From Myxococcota bacterium (GTDB taxonomy: Bacteria; Myxococcota; JACRCW01): a stretch of DNA of 33,452 bases. The notes beneath the pieces were generated by a model. The model had not been told where the DNA came from. It worked only from the letters and a program-made list of their open reading frames with translations, and ran no database searches. The translations under genes were made by a program, and so were the position numbers. Positions 1-7,954 of the stretch are shown here, piece by piece (position 1 is the first letter of the stretch; each line of letters opens with the position of its first letter). The stretch is taken from positions 1-33,452 of the forward strand of contig JBFMGU010000113.1 in the NCBI GenBank assembly GCA_040752415.1, in the 5' to 3' direction.

Positions 1-1
1 T

Positions 2-94
2 GGGAAGGAGCACCTGCTGTGTTCGGTCCGGCTCGATGACTCGGGGCATGCCCCCTCATACGCAGGTACCCGCCACGACGTCACATCAAACTGA
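2..94 (+). CDS. Possible 3' end of a gene entering from the left edge (partial)
   Basis: Frame 2 is open from the window edge (GKEHLLCSVRLDD...DVTSN) to TGA at 92-94, just before the inverted-repeat element. Too short to verify. Confidence 0.3.
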   Translation, partial: GKEHLLCSVRLDDSGHAPSYAGTRHDVTSN

Positions 95-102
95 GACACC
101 CT

Positions 103-307
103 CTGGAGTGCGGTGCGAAGCGGATCAGCGGTCGACGACGTGAAGCACCGCCCTGGATCGGGCCGCCCGACGGCGCGGACGTCGTTCTGTCCCCGGTGCC
201 CCGTGTTCTCGACGCTCCCCATGGCATGACCTGGTTGGACGGTGGACGCCATCCAGGGCGGTGCTTCACGTCGTCGGCCGCTGGATCCGCTTCGCACCGC
301 ACTCCAG
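103..307. repeat. Long inverted-repeat element, family A (REP-doublet/MITE-like)
   Basis: Arm 103-158 is the reverse complement of 251-307 with one mismatch and one indel; spacer is 92 bp. Each arm contains an internal gcggtgc...gcaccgc palindrome. Confidence 0.85.
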
Positions 308-427
308 GGCGCCGCTGCTTCCGCTCACCCGCTTCGTGACGCGCTTGGCACTTCCTTCCCTGCCGATGTTCCGACAGACCGTCAGCACGTGCTCAGCCGT
401 CGTCGTCGCGGAGTCGCCGGCACACTG

Positions 428-1270
428 TCACTCCGGCTCCCTTTCCGCCGACAGGATGGCCCGCAGCCCCGCGCGGTAGTCGGGGAATCGCAGCGTGACG
501 CCCAGCGCCGTGCGCAGGCGCGTGTTCCGCACCCGTCGGGATTCCGCGTAGAAGCCGCGCAGCGCCGGGCTCAGCGTGTCCTCCACCTCCGCGTAGGCGC
601 GCTCCGGCGGCGCGGGGACGCCCAGCAGCTCGCACGCGTGCGTGACGACGTCCTGGGGCGGCGCGGGCAGGTCGTCGGCCACGTTGTAGACGGTGCCGGG
701 CGCGGGGCGTGTCAGCGCGGCCTGCACGGTGGCGGCCAGATCCTCGACGTGGATGCGGCTGAACACCAGGCCCGGCTTCACCAGCCGCTGCGCCCGCCCC
801 GCGCGCACCGTGTCCAGCGCGCTGCGGGAAGGCCCGTAGATGCCCGCCACCCGGAAGATGTGCGCGCCCCGCTCCCGCCACGCACCCTCCGCGTGTCGAC
901 GGGCGAGCGCGGTGGCGCCGGTGCCCAGCAGCGCGCTGTCCTCGTCCACCCACGCGCCGCCGTGGTTGCCGTACACGCCGGTGGAGGAGAGGTAGCCGAG
1001 CCAGCCCGCGCGTCCCACGTCGTGGGTGCCCAGCACGGGGTCGCCGGTTTCGTCGGGAGGGATGCTGCCCAGCACGTGGGTGACGTCGTGGAGCGCGCTT
1101 CCGTTGGCGAGCGGGAAGGGATGCGCGGTGATGCCCAGCGTGGCCAGGTGGGCGCGTCGCTCCGGGGAGCGCGTGGTGCCGGAGACCCGCCATCCCGTCG
1201 ACAGGCACCTTTGCGCCAGCACCTCCGCGCTGTAGCCCAGCCCGAAGATGAACAGGTGCGGGACGGTCAC
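428..1270 (-). CDS. Extended SDR / NAD-dependent epimerase-dehydratase family protein (YeeZ-like)
   Basis: IFGLGYS Rossmann start, YLSSTGVYG, GIYGP, SRIHVEDLA, YNVADD motifs. GTG start at 1270 overlaps the upstream TGA (GTGA coupling). Confidence 0.85.
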   Translation of the reverse strand: MTVPHLFIFGLGYSAEVLAQRCLSTGWRVSGTTRSPERRAHLATLGITAHPFPLANGSALHDVTHVLGSIPPDETGDPVLGTHDVGRAGWLGYLSSTGVYGNHGGAWVDEDSALLGTGATALARRHAEGAWRERGAHIFRVAGIYGPSRSALDTVRAGRAQRLVKPGLVFSRIHVEDLAATVQAALTRPAPGTVYNVADDLPAPPQDVVTHACELLGVPAPPERAYAEVEDTLSPALRGFYAESRRVRNTRLRTALGVTLRFPDYRAGLRAILSAEREPE

Positions 1271-1983
1271 GGACAGATCTGGCTCACGTAGGTGCTGAAG
1301 CCGGCCTGCACCTTGACCTCGATGACGCCGGGCTCTCCCGCGCTCCACGCGTAGTAGGGCTCACAGGTGCGCGCGGGGTGCGTGTAGCGCAGGCGGTAGG
1401 TGCCCGGCGCCACGTTGAAGATGCTGCCGCCGCCCACGCTGGTGGTGGAGGTGGCGTTCTCGTCGAAGCCGCTCTCGGTGGCGTAGAAGGGACCGTCGCC
1501 GCCCTCGGGGTCCAGCGCCACGCTCACCTCCGTGACGTTGCTGGCCTCCGGGCCCTTCCCGCTGCGCGCGCCAAAGATGACGATCCCGTTGGCGTCGTCG
1601 TGGGTGACCCCGGCCAGGTTGGCCACGAACAGCCCCACGTCCTCGCTGGCCAGCGCGTAGGTCAGGAACTCGTCGGCCTGGTGCGTCGTGTACTCGGCGA
1701 AGTTGGGATAGTAGCCCTCCCGGATGAAGCGCAGCAGCACGCGTGCGTCCTTGGGCACCTCCGGGATGGAGAATTCCCCGACGTCATTGGTGCGCACGCA
1801 CGGCTGCTCCGCCGGCTCCACCACGCACACCTCCACGCCGCTGACCCGGGTCTTGTAGAGCGCGTCGGACACCGAGCCGGAGAGGGTGACCCCGGTGATG
1901 GAGCTGCTGACGCCCAGCCGGGAGAGGTTGGGACCACAGGCGGTGACAACGAGCAACAGCCCGGTGACGGCGGAGGTGCGCAT
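1267..1983 (-). CDS. Lipoprotein with carboxypeptidase-regulatory-like beta-sandwich domain(s)
   Basis: Signal/lipobox MRTSAVTGLLLVVTA-C; pattern LSGSVSD...VSGVEV...TNDVGEFSIPEVP; second half FNVAPGTYRL. Confidence 0.65.
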   Translation of the reverse strand: MRTSAVTGLLLVVTACGPNLSRLGVSSSITGVTLSGSVSDALYKTRVSGVEVCVVEPAEQPCVRTNDVGEFSIPEVPKDARVLLRFIREGYYPNFAEYTTHQADEFLTYALASEDVGLFVANLAGVTHDDANGIVIFGARSGKGPEASNVTEVSVALDPEGGDGPFYATESGFDENATSTTSVGGGSIFNVAPGTYRLRYTHPARTCEPYYAWSAGEPGVIEVKVQAGFSTYVSQICP

Positions 1984-2033
1984 ATTGTGCGCGCAGGTGT
2001 AGCCGGCGCGCGGCGGCGCCACAACGCGAGGAT

Positions 2034-4370
2034 TCACGAGGGCTCTCCGGCCAGGCGTCGCTGCACCAGCGTGCGCACCACGTCCACGCGGAAGGGCTTG
2101 TCCAGCACGGTGTTGCCCACGGCATCCAGGAACCGCTGCACCGAGGGGGTGAACGCTCCGCCGGTCATGAAGATGACCCGCTGCTCCACGCCGGGGTGCT
2201 GCGCGCGCACGCGTGAGAACAGCTCCTGGCCGGTGAGGTCGGGCATCATGAGGTCGCAGAAGACCAGGTCATAGGCGTGCGGGTCCTGCAGCAGGCGTTG
2301 CAGCCCGGCGTGTCCGTGCAGCTCCACGGTCACCTCGTGCTCCCGGCCCAACACCGCCGAGAGCATGCGCGCCACCGGTTCCTCGTCGTCAATCACCAGC
2401 AGGCGACCCCGGCGTCGCGCGGCGGGCGTGGGCGGGGGTGGCGTCGTCGTCGTGGCCGCCGCGGGAGGTGGGGCGGACGGGAGCAGCACGCGGAAGGTGG
2501 CCCCCTGGCCCACCCGGCTGTCCACCTCGATGGTGCCCTGGTACGCGCTGACGATGCTGTAGCAGATGGACAGCCCCAGCCCGGTGCCGCGCCCCACCGG
2601 CTTGGTGGTGAAGAACGGGTCGAAGATGTGCTTGCGCACGTCCTCCGGGATGCCCACGCCGCTGTCGGAGATCTCCACGCACGCCTGGCCCTCGTGCTCC
2701 CGCACCGTGAGGCGGATGAGGTGCGCGTGCGCGCGGCCTTCCGGGATGGCGTCCGCGGCGTTGATGAGCAGGTTGACGAACACCTGCACCAGCCGTCCCT
2801 CATTGGCGCGGGCAAACAGCGGCCCCGCGTAGTGGCGCTCCACGGCGGCGCGGTGGCGGATCTGGTTCTGCACCATCTGCAGCGCCCGCTCCAACGCGCC
2901 CTGCAGGTCCACCGCGGCGGCGGTGTTGTCGTCGGGACGGGAGAAGGCCTTGAGGTCCTGCACAATGCTGCGGATGCGCGCCGCGCTCTCCCGGGCGTCC
3001 TGCACCAGGCGCCGCACCTCGTCGAGAGGCGCCCCCGCGGCCAGGCGCTCCTCGCTCAGCTCCAGCATGCCCATGAGGTGCGCCAGCGGGTTGTTCACCT
3101 CGTGCGCCACGCCCGCGGCCAGGCGCCCCACCGAGACCATGCGGTCGCTGAGACGCAGCTGGGCCTCCAGGCGGCGTCGCTCGGTGACGTCGCGGAAGCT
3201 CCACACGCGCCCGGCCACCTCCGCCCCCATGCGCCGCGGCCGACACCGGCACTCCAGCCACCGCCCGCCGCGGTGCTCCAGCGCGTCCACGTCCAGCGGC
3301 TCGTCGGGCGGGAGGGCGCGCAGCCGGGCCAGGAAGGGCGCGGGGGCCACCAGGTGCTGCTCCACCAGCGTCTCCAGCGCGCGCCCCACCGGTGAGGCGG
3401 CCTCGTCCCACAGCTCGTGGAAGCGCTGGTTGCCCATCACCACGCGCCCCTCGGCGTCGGTGACCAGCACCGCGTCGGCGGAGGACTCCAGCGTGGCGCG
3501 CACCAGCCCCAGCGTGCTCTCCAGCTCCGCCTTGGTCTCACGGAACGCGGTGATGTCCGTGAAGGTGGAGAGGAAGCCGCGCACCGTCCCGTCGGCGTGG
3601 AAGAGCGGGGCGCCGGAGACCAGCACGTGGCGGCGTCCGCCCTTCAATCCCAGCAGCTCCACCTCGTACACGCTGGCCAGGCCCTGCCGCCGCTTGGCGA
3701 TGTTGGCGCGGAAGGCCGGGATGCTCTCCGGCGCGAGGAAGGTCTCCGGCTTCTGACCCAGCACCTGGCGCAGGTCATCCACCTCTGCCAGCCGGCACAG
3801 CGCCGGGTTCACGTAGGTGATGCAGTCCAGGGGCTCCGCCTGGCAGATGCCCACCGTGCTGTGCTCCGCCACGGTGCGGTACTTCTCCTCGCTGGCGCGC
3901 AGGGCCATCTCCATCTGCTTGCGCTCACTGATGTCCAGCACAAAGCAGATGCCCTTCTCCCGGCTGCCGCTGAGGAACGCGCCGCCAATGAGCACCGGCA
4001 CGCGGTGCCCGTCCTTGTGCACGTATTCCTTCTCAAAAGGCGTGCACACGCCGCGCTCCACCAGCTCCTGGTGCGCGCGGATCTCGCCGGGGAGGAACTC
4101 CGGAGGCGTCAGCTCATTCCACTTGATGGCGCCGCGCTCCAGCTCCTCGCGCGTGTAGCCGATCATGTTGAGCACGTAGTCGTTGGCGTCGCTGATGCGG
4201 CCCGAGGTGTCCCACATGAGGATGCCCACCATGTTGGACTGGGCAATCCGCTGGTAGCGGCTGGCCACCTCCCCCGGCGGCAGTCGCTCGGTTGCCGGCA
4301 AGGGTTGCACGGTGGGCAACTGGTCCAGCGGGATGCCCGGCCTGCGCTCGTTCTCCGCCACGCTCTGCAC
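2034..4370 (-). CDS. Hybrid sensor histidine kinase, PAS-PAS-PAS-HisKA-HATPase-REC, cytoplasmic (start approximate)
   Basis: PAS/PAC ends LDISERK, TDITAFR, RDVTERR; H-box AHEVNNPL; N-box NLLINAADA; DSGVG, FDPFFTTK, GTGLGL; receiver VIDDE / FCDLMMP / FMTG / KPF. GGAGG near GTG 4370/4361. Confidence 0.92.
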   Translation of the reverse strand: MQSVAENERRPGIPLDQLPTVQPLPATERLPPGEVASRYQRIAQSNMVGILMWDTSGRISDANDYVLNMIGYTREELERGAIKWNELTPPEFLPGEIRAHQELVERGVCTPFEKEYVHKDGHRVPVLIGGAFLSGSREKGICFVLDISERKQMEMALRASEEKYRTVAEHSTVGICQAEPLDCITYVNPALCRLAEVDDLRQVLGQKPETFLAPESIPAFRANIAKRRQGLASVYEVELLGLKGGRRHVLVSGAPLFHADGTVRGFLSTFTDITAFRETKAELESTLGLVRATLESSADAVLVTDAEGRVVMGNQRFHELWDEAASPVGRALETLVEQHLVAPAPFLARLRALPPDEPLDVDALEHRGGRWLECRCRPRRMGAEVAGRVWSFRDVTERRRLEAQLRLSDRMVSVGRLAAGVAHEVNNPLAHLMGMLELSEERLAAGAPLDEVRRLVQDARESAARIRSIVQDLKAFSRPDDNTAAAVDLQGALERALQMVQNQIRHRAAVERHYAGPLFARANEGRLVQVFVNLLINAADAIPEGRAHAHLIRLTVREHEGQACVEISDSGVGIPEDVRKHIFDPFFTTKPVGRGTGLGLSICYSIVSAYQGTIEVDSRVGQGATFRVLLPSAPPPAAATTTTPPPPTPAARRRGRLLVIDDEEPVARMLSAVLGREHEVTVELHGHAGLQRLLQDPHAYDLVFCDLMMPDLTGQELFSRVRAQHPGVEQRVIFMTGGAFTPSVQRFLDAVGNTVLDKPFRVDVVRTLVQRRLAGEPS

Positions 4371-4573
4371 CACCTCCCGCCCCTGGCGCCCTCGCGTACC
4401 ACAATGCCCCGCCCCAGGGGAGCCGGGCCAGGCGGGAAAACCCTTGTTGGGCGGGCAGTTAGGGGCCGGTTGGGTGGCAGTTGGGGACCGCCGTCCCCGC
4501 GCCCTTGACTTGGGCGGAGCGCCGTGGTCTTCCGCGTTGGCGGATGGGATTCCGTTCAAACGGAGGTTGCGAC

Positions 4574-4900
4574 ATGGCGAAATACCTGGTGATCGAGTCA
4601 CGGGACCCGCTGGAGTCCAAGGACACGGTGTGGAGCTACGAGCTGGTGCGGGGGCTCAAGGCGGAAGGGCACGAGGTGACGTTGTTCCTGGTGCAGAACG
4701 GGGTGTTCCCGGCGCGACGGAGCGCGGCGAGCGCGGGGCTGGAGGCGCTGGCCAAGGCCGGAGTGGAGGTGTTGGCGGACGACTTCTCGCTGCGCGAGCG
4801 CGGGATTGGGGCGGGGCGTCTGGCGGCGGGAGTGAGGAGCGCGCCCCTTGAGGTGGTGGTGGACCAGCTTGCCGAGGGCCGCAAGGCCATCTGGCACTGA
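4574..4900 (+). CDS. DsrE/DsrF/DsrH-fold protein, no Cys (triad subunit 1)
   Basis: GGAGG then ATG 4574; VTLFLVQNGV and VEVLADDFSLRERGI resemble DsrE/TusB-C fold motifs. Confidence 0.75.
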   Translation: MAKYLVIESRDPLESKDTVWSYELVRGLKAEGHEVTLFLVQNGVFPARRSAASAGLEALAKAGVEVLADDFSLRERGIGAGRLAAGVRSAPLEVVVDQLAEGRKAIWH

Positions 4901-4914
4901 GAGGACGGTGGAAC

Positions 4915-5328
4915 ATGGCTGAGAAGAAGACCCTGACGTTCGTGCTGATGGATCCGCCTTACGAGGACGCGCGCTCCACCACGGCGCTGCGGCTGCTCCA
5001 CGTGGCGGCGCAGCGTGGCTACAACATCAACGTGTTTGCGTACGAGGGCGCGGTGTACCTGCCCTTTGCCAAGCAGGCGCCGCACGCCAATGCGGTGCAC
5101 GGTCGCGACCTGGCGCAGGAGGACCACCCCAATCCCAAGGACTGGATTGCCGCGCTGATCGCCGAGACGGAGAAGAACGGCGGCAAGCTGGACTGGATCA
5201 ACTGCGGGCTGTGCGTCGACGAGCGGGGCGCGGGGGAGACCATCCCCGGCGTGCGACGTGGCAGCCCGGCGGACCTGTGGAAGTTCGCGGAGAGCTCGGA
5301 CAACACCCTGGTCATCGGGACCCGGTGA
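4915..5328 (+). CDS. DsrE/TusD-like protein with CxxC (triad subunit 2)
   Basis: N-terminal DPPY (TusD-like PPY), VFAYEGAV, and NCGLCVDERG at the position of the TusD/DsrE active Cys. Confidence 0.75.
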   Translation: MAEKKTLTFVLMDPPYEDARSTTALRLLHVAAQRGYNINVFAYEGAVYLPFAKQAPHANAVHGRDLAQEDHPNPKDWIAALIAETEKNGGKLDWINCGLCVDERGAGETIPGVRRGSPADLWKFAESSDNTLVIGTR

Positions 5329-5340
5329 GGAGGCCTACCC

Positions 5341-5727
5341 ATGGCAAAGAAGGTTCTGCAGATCATCGAGACGGCCTACCGCGCCACGCTGGAGGAGCAG
5401 GATGACCCGGTGGTGTGGATCACCCATGCCATGAAGGGCGCGGGTGCGGACCTGCACGTGCTCTTGCGCGGAGCGGCGGTGAACTACGCGGTGAAGGGAC
5501 AGGACGCGTCCGGGCTGAGCTTTGGCGCGCGCCAGCAGACGCAGCCGCCGCGCCTGGACGACGACGTGGCCAAGCTGGTGGGCAAGGGCGTGGAGGTCTT
5601 CCTGGTGCAGGAGGACGTGGCGGAGCGCGGGTTGGAGGGCAGCGACCTCATCTCCGGCATCAAGCCCATCCCGCGTGCGTCGGTGCCCAAGCTGCTCGGC
5701 GGGTATGACCAGGTGTGGCACTGGTAG
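5341..5727 (+). CDS. DsrE/DsrF-fold protein, no Cys (triad subunit 3)
   Basis: GAGGAGG RBS; VLLRGAAVNY, GVEVFLVQEDVAERGL, YDQVWHW resemble DsrF/TusC. Confidence 0.72.
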   Translation: MAKKVLQIIETAYRATLEEQDDPVVWITHAMKGAGADLHVLLRGAAVNYAVKGQDASGLSFGARQQTQPPRLDDDVAKLVGKGVEVFLVQEDVAERGLEGSDLISGIKPIPRASVPKLLGGYDQVWHW

Positions 5728-5728
5728 G

Positions 5729-5859
5729 ACGCCACGACCTCGTCACCGTGACGACGTGAGGGGCGGCGTCGGAGCAACCGGCGCGGCCGGCGAACTTGTC
5801 GGGATTGCGATGTCGTGGCCCGCTCACGCCGTCCGCAATCCCGATGGGCATCTGGTTGC
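5729..5859. terminator. Tandem hairpins between convergent genes, possible bidirectional terminator
   Basis: gacgcc..tcgtcac/gtgacga..ggcgtc (5729-5770) and a perfect 11-bp stem tcgggattgcg (5799-5809) / cgcaatcccga (5834-5844). No U-tract. Confidence 0.45.
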
Positions 5860-5902
5860 GAGACGGCTTCTCCGGTGAACACGTCGTACGCGGACCCCAA
5901 AC

Positions 5903-7954
5903 CTACGGGTTCCCCGACGGAGCCACCTTCACCAGCGCGCGCAACACCTCCGCCACGCTCCAGGCCTGCGCCGTGCAGCCGCGCGGGGTGAACGGGTCCT
6001 CGGCGTCGAAGATCTCGCTGATGGTGCCAATGCACGCGTCCGCCATGTGCGGCGCAAACCCGCTCAGGAAATGCGCGGCGCCGGCGCGGTCCTGCGGATG
6101 GACCTTGAGCCACGCGTCCACGAACGGACCGGCGAGCCAGCCCCACACCGTGCCCTGGTGGTAGGCCGCGTCGCGTGCGCGCAGGTCTCCGTCGTAGCGG
6201 GACTTGTAGTCGACGTGGTGCGGGCTGAGTGACCGCAAGCCCACCGGCGTCAGCAGCTCGCGACGCACCACCTGCAACACGCTCTCCCACCGCTCCTGCG
6301 CCAGCACCGGGTGTGGCAGGCTGATGGCCAGGACCTGGTTGGGCCGGCACGCGCTGTCATCACCGCCTTCCCCGTCGACGACGTCGTAGAGGTGTCCGCC
6401 CGGCGCGTACCAGAAGCGCGCCTGGAAGCTCTCCTGGCAACGCTGCGCGTGCTCACCCATCTCGACGGAGCGCGCGGGGTCGCCCAGGTCCTTGAGCCAG
6501 CGCTCCATGAGGCGCAGCGCGTTGTACCAGAGCGCGTTGATCTCCACCGCCTTCCCCCGACGAGGCGTGACCACCCAGTGATCCACCTTCGCGTCCATCC
6601 ACGTCAGCTGGTAGCCCTCCGCGCCCTGGCGCAGCAGCCCGTCCTGGGGGTCCACGCCAATGCCAAACCGCGTGCCGCGCAGGTGGTGCTCCACGACGCT
6701 GAGGAGCGCGGGCAAGCAGTACTCCAGCGTGCCCACGTCGCCGGTGCAGCGCACGTAGCGGTCCATGGCGTGGAAGTACCAGAGCGAGGCATCCGCGGTG
6801 TGATACAGCCCTTCCTTCCCTCCCTCGGGGAACATGTTGGGGATGAGGCCGTCCTTCACGTACTGGCGGAAGGTGCGCAGGATGCAGCCCGCCTCGCGGT
6901 GTCGCCCGGTGACCAGCGTGAGGCCCTCCAGGCTGATCATCGTGTCGCGGCCCCAGTCGGTGAACCACGGGTAGCCGGCAATCACGGTGCGCACCTCGTC
7001 GCCGGCGGCGTGGGCGCGCGCGGCGTCGGTGGGACGGGTGCTGGGGGTGATGATGAACTGGTCCGCCGCCAGCACCAGCTCCGCCGCCAGCCCGCTCCGG
7101 GCCCGGGGATCCGCGCGCGCGAGCAGCTTCTCCCTCCGCACCATCTCCGCGTCGAACACCTCCCGCGGGGTCAGCTCCGTCATGCTCTCCCAGCTCTCCG
7201 TGGAGGCCACCAGCGTGGCGCTTTCGTGCTCTCGCAGCGTCACGTGGAAGAAGCCCGGGCTCCACACCGGTCCGCGGCTGGGATAACCGCGCGCGTGCTC
7301 GACGCGATAGAAGAACTCCCCCGTGCTTCCTCCGTCGAGCGTCAGCGCCGCGGTGTTGGCGTGCATGGTGAGCTTGAGCGCCGGGAGGTCGCCGGAGGCG
7401 CGCACCTCACAACGTCGCTCCACCATCTGCACCACGTAGGGTGTTCCCAGCTCCACGTCGACGTGCGCGTCATGCGGGCGGATGTGGATGCGCGGACGGA
7501 GCTGCAGCGTCAGCGGCGCCGGGGCGTGCGTCAACGTGTAGGTCACGTGCACGGTGTTCTGCTGGAAGGGCAGCACCAGGCGCTTCTCCAGCGTGACGTC
7601 GCGGACGCTGAAGGTCCACACCGGGAGCCCGCCCTCCAGGCGGAATTCCTGCAGCGCCGCGGGCAGCGCAAAGGGCGCGCCGGCGTGCTCCTCACCGGTG
7701 AGCGCCACGGTTCCTCCGTCGGGAAACACCAGCGTCTCGGCCAGGTGGTTGAACATCAGCACGCGTCCCAGCGGCGCCGGCAACGCGCTCACCAGCAGGC
7801 CGTGGTAGCGACGCGTGCAGATGCCGGAGATGGAGCCGGACGCGTAGCCACCCAGTCCGTTGGTGACGAGCCACTCCTTGCGCAGCCACGTCTCGGGATG
7901 TTGCTGCGCCTCCAGGCTGGGCCAGGGAACCTTGTTGAGCACCGACCTAGCCAT
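5903..7954 (-). CDS. Amylo-alpha-1,6-glucosidase / glycogen debranching enzyme (GDE_N + GDE_C)
   Basis: EWLVTNGLGGYAS, RRYHGLL, AGYPWFTDWGRDTMISL, QLTWMDAKV, YHQGTVW, QAWSVAE. GGAGG RBS; 8-bp overlap with the treZ stop. Confidence 0.92.
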   Translation of the reverse strand: MARSVLNKVPWPSLEAQQHPETWLRKEWLVTNGLGGYASGSISGICTRRYHGLLVSALPAPLGRVLMFNHLAETLVFPDGGTVALTGEEHAGAPFALPAALQEFRLEGGLPVWTFSVRDVTLEKRLVLPFQQNTVHVTYTLTHAPAPLTLQLRPRIHIRPHDAHVDVELGTPYVVQMVERRCEVRASGDLPALKLTMHANTAALTLDGGSTGEFFYRVEHARGYPSRGPVWSPGFFHVTLREHESATLVASTESWESMTELTPREVFDAEMVRREKLLARADPRARSGLAAELVLAADQFIITPSTRPTDAARAHAAGDEVRTVIAGYPWFTDWGRDTMISLEGLTLVTGRHREAGCILRTFRQYVKDGLIPNMFPEGGKEGLYHTADASLWYFHAMDRYVRCTGDVGTLEYCLPALLSVVEHHLRGTRFGIGVDPQDGLLRQGAEGYQLTWMDAKVDHWVVTPRRGKAVEINALWYNALRLMERWLKDLGDPARSVEMGEHAQRCQESFQARFWYAPGGHLYDVVDGEGGDDSACRPNQVLAISLPHPVLAQERWESVLQVVRRELLTPVGLRSLSPHHVDYKSRYDGDLRARDAAYHQGTVWGWLAGPFVDAWLKVHPQDRAGAAHFLSGFAPHMADACIGTISEIFDAEDPFTPRGCTAQAWSVAEVLRALVKVAPSGNP

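Noticed and set aside
4574..5727. Dsr sulfur-oxidation or Tus tRNA-thiolation locus
   Set aside because: No dsrAB, dsrC/tusE, tusA or mnmA in the window, so gene symbols were not assigned.
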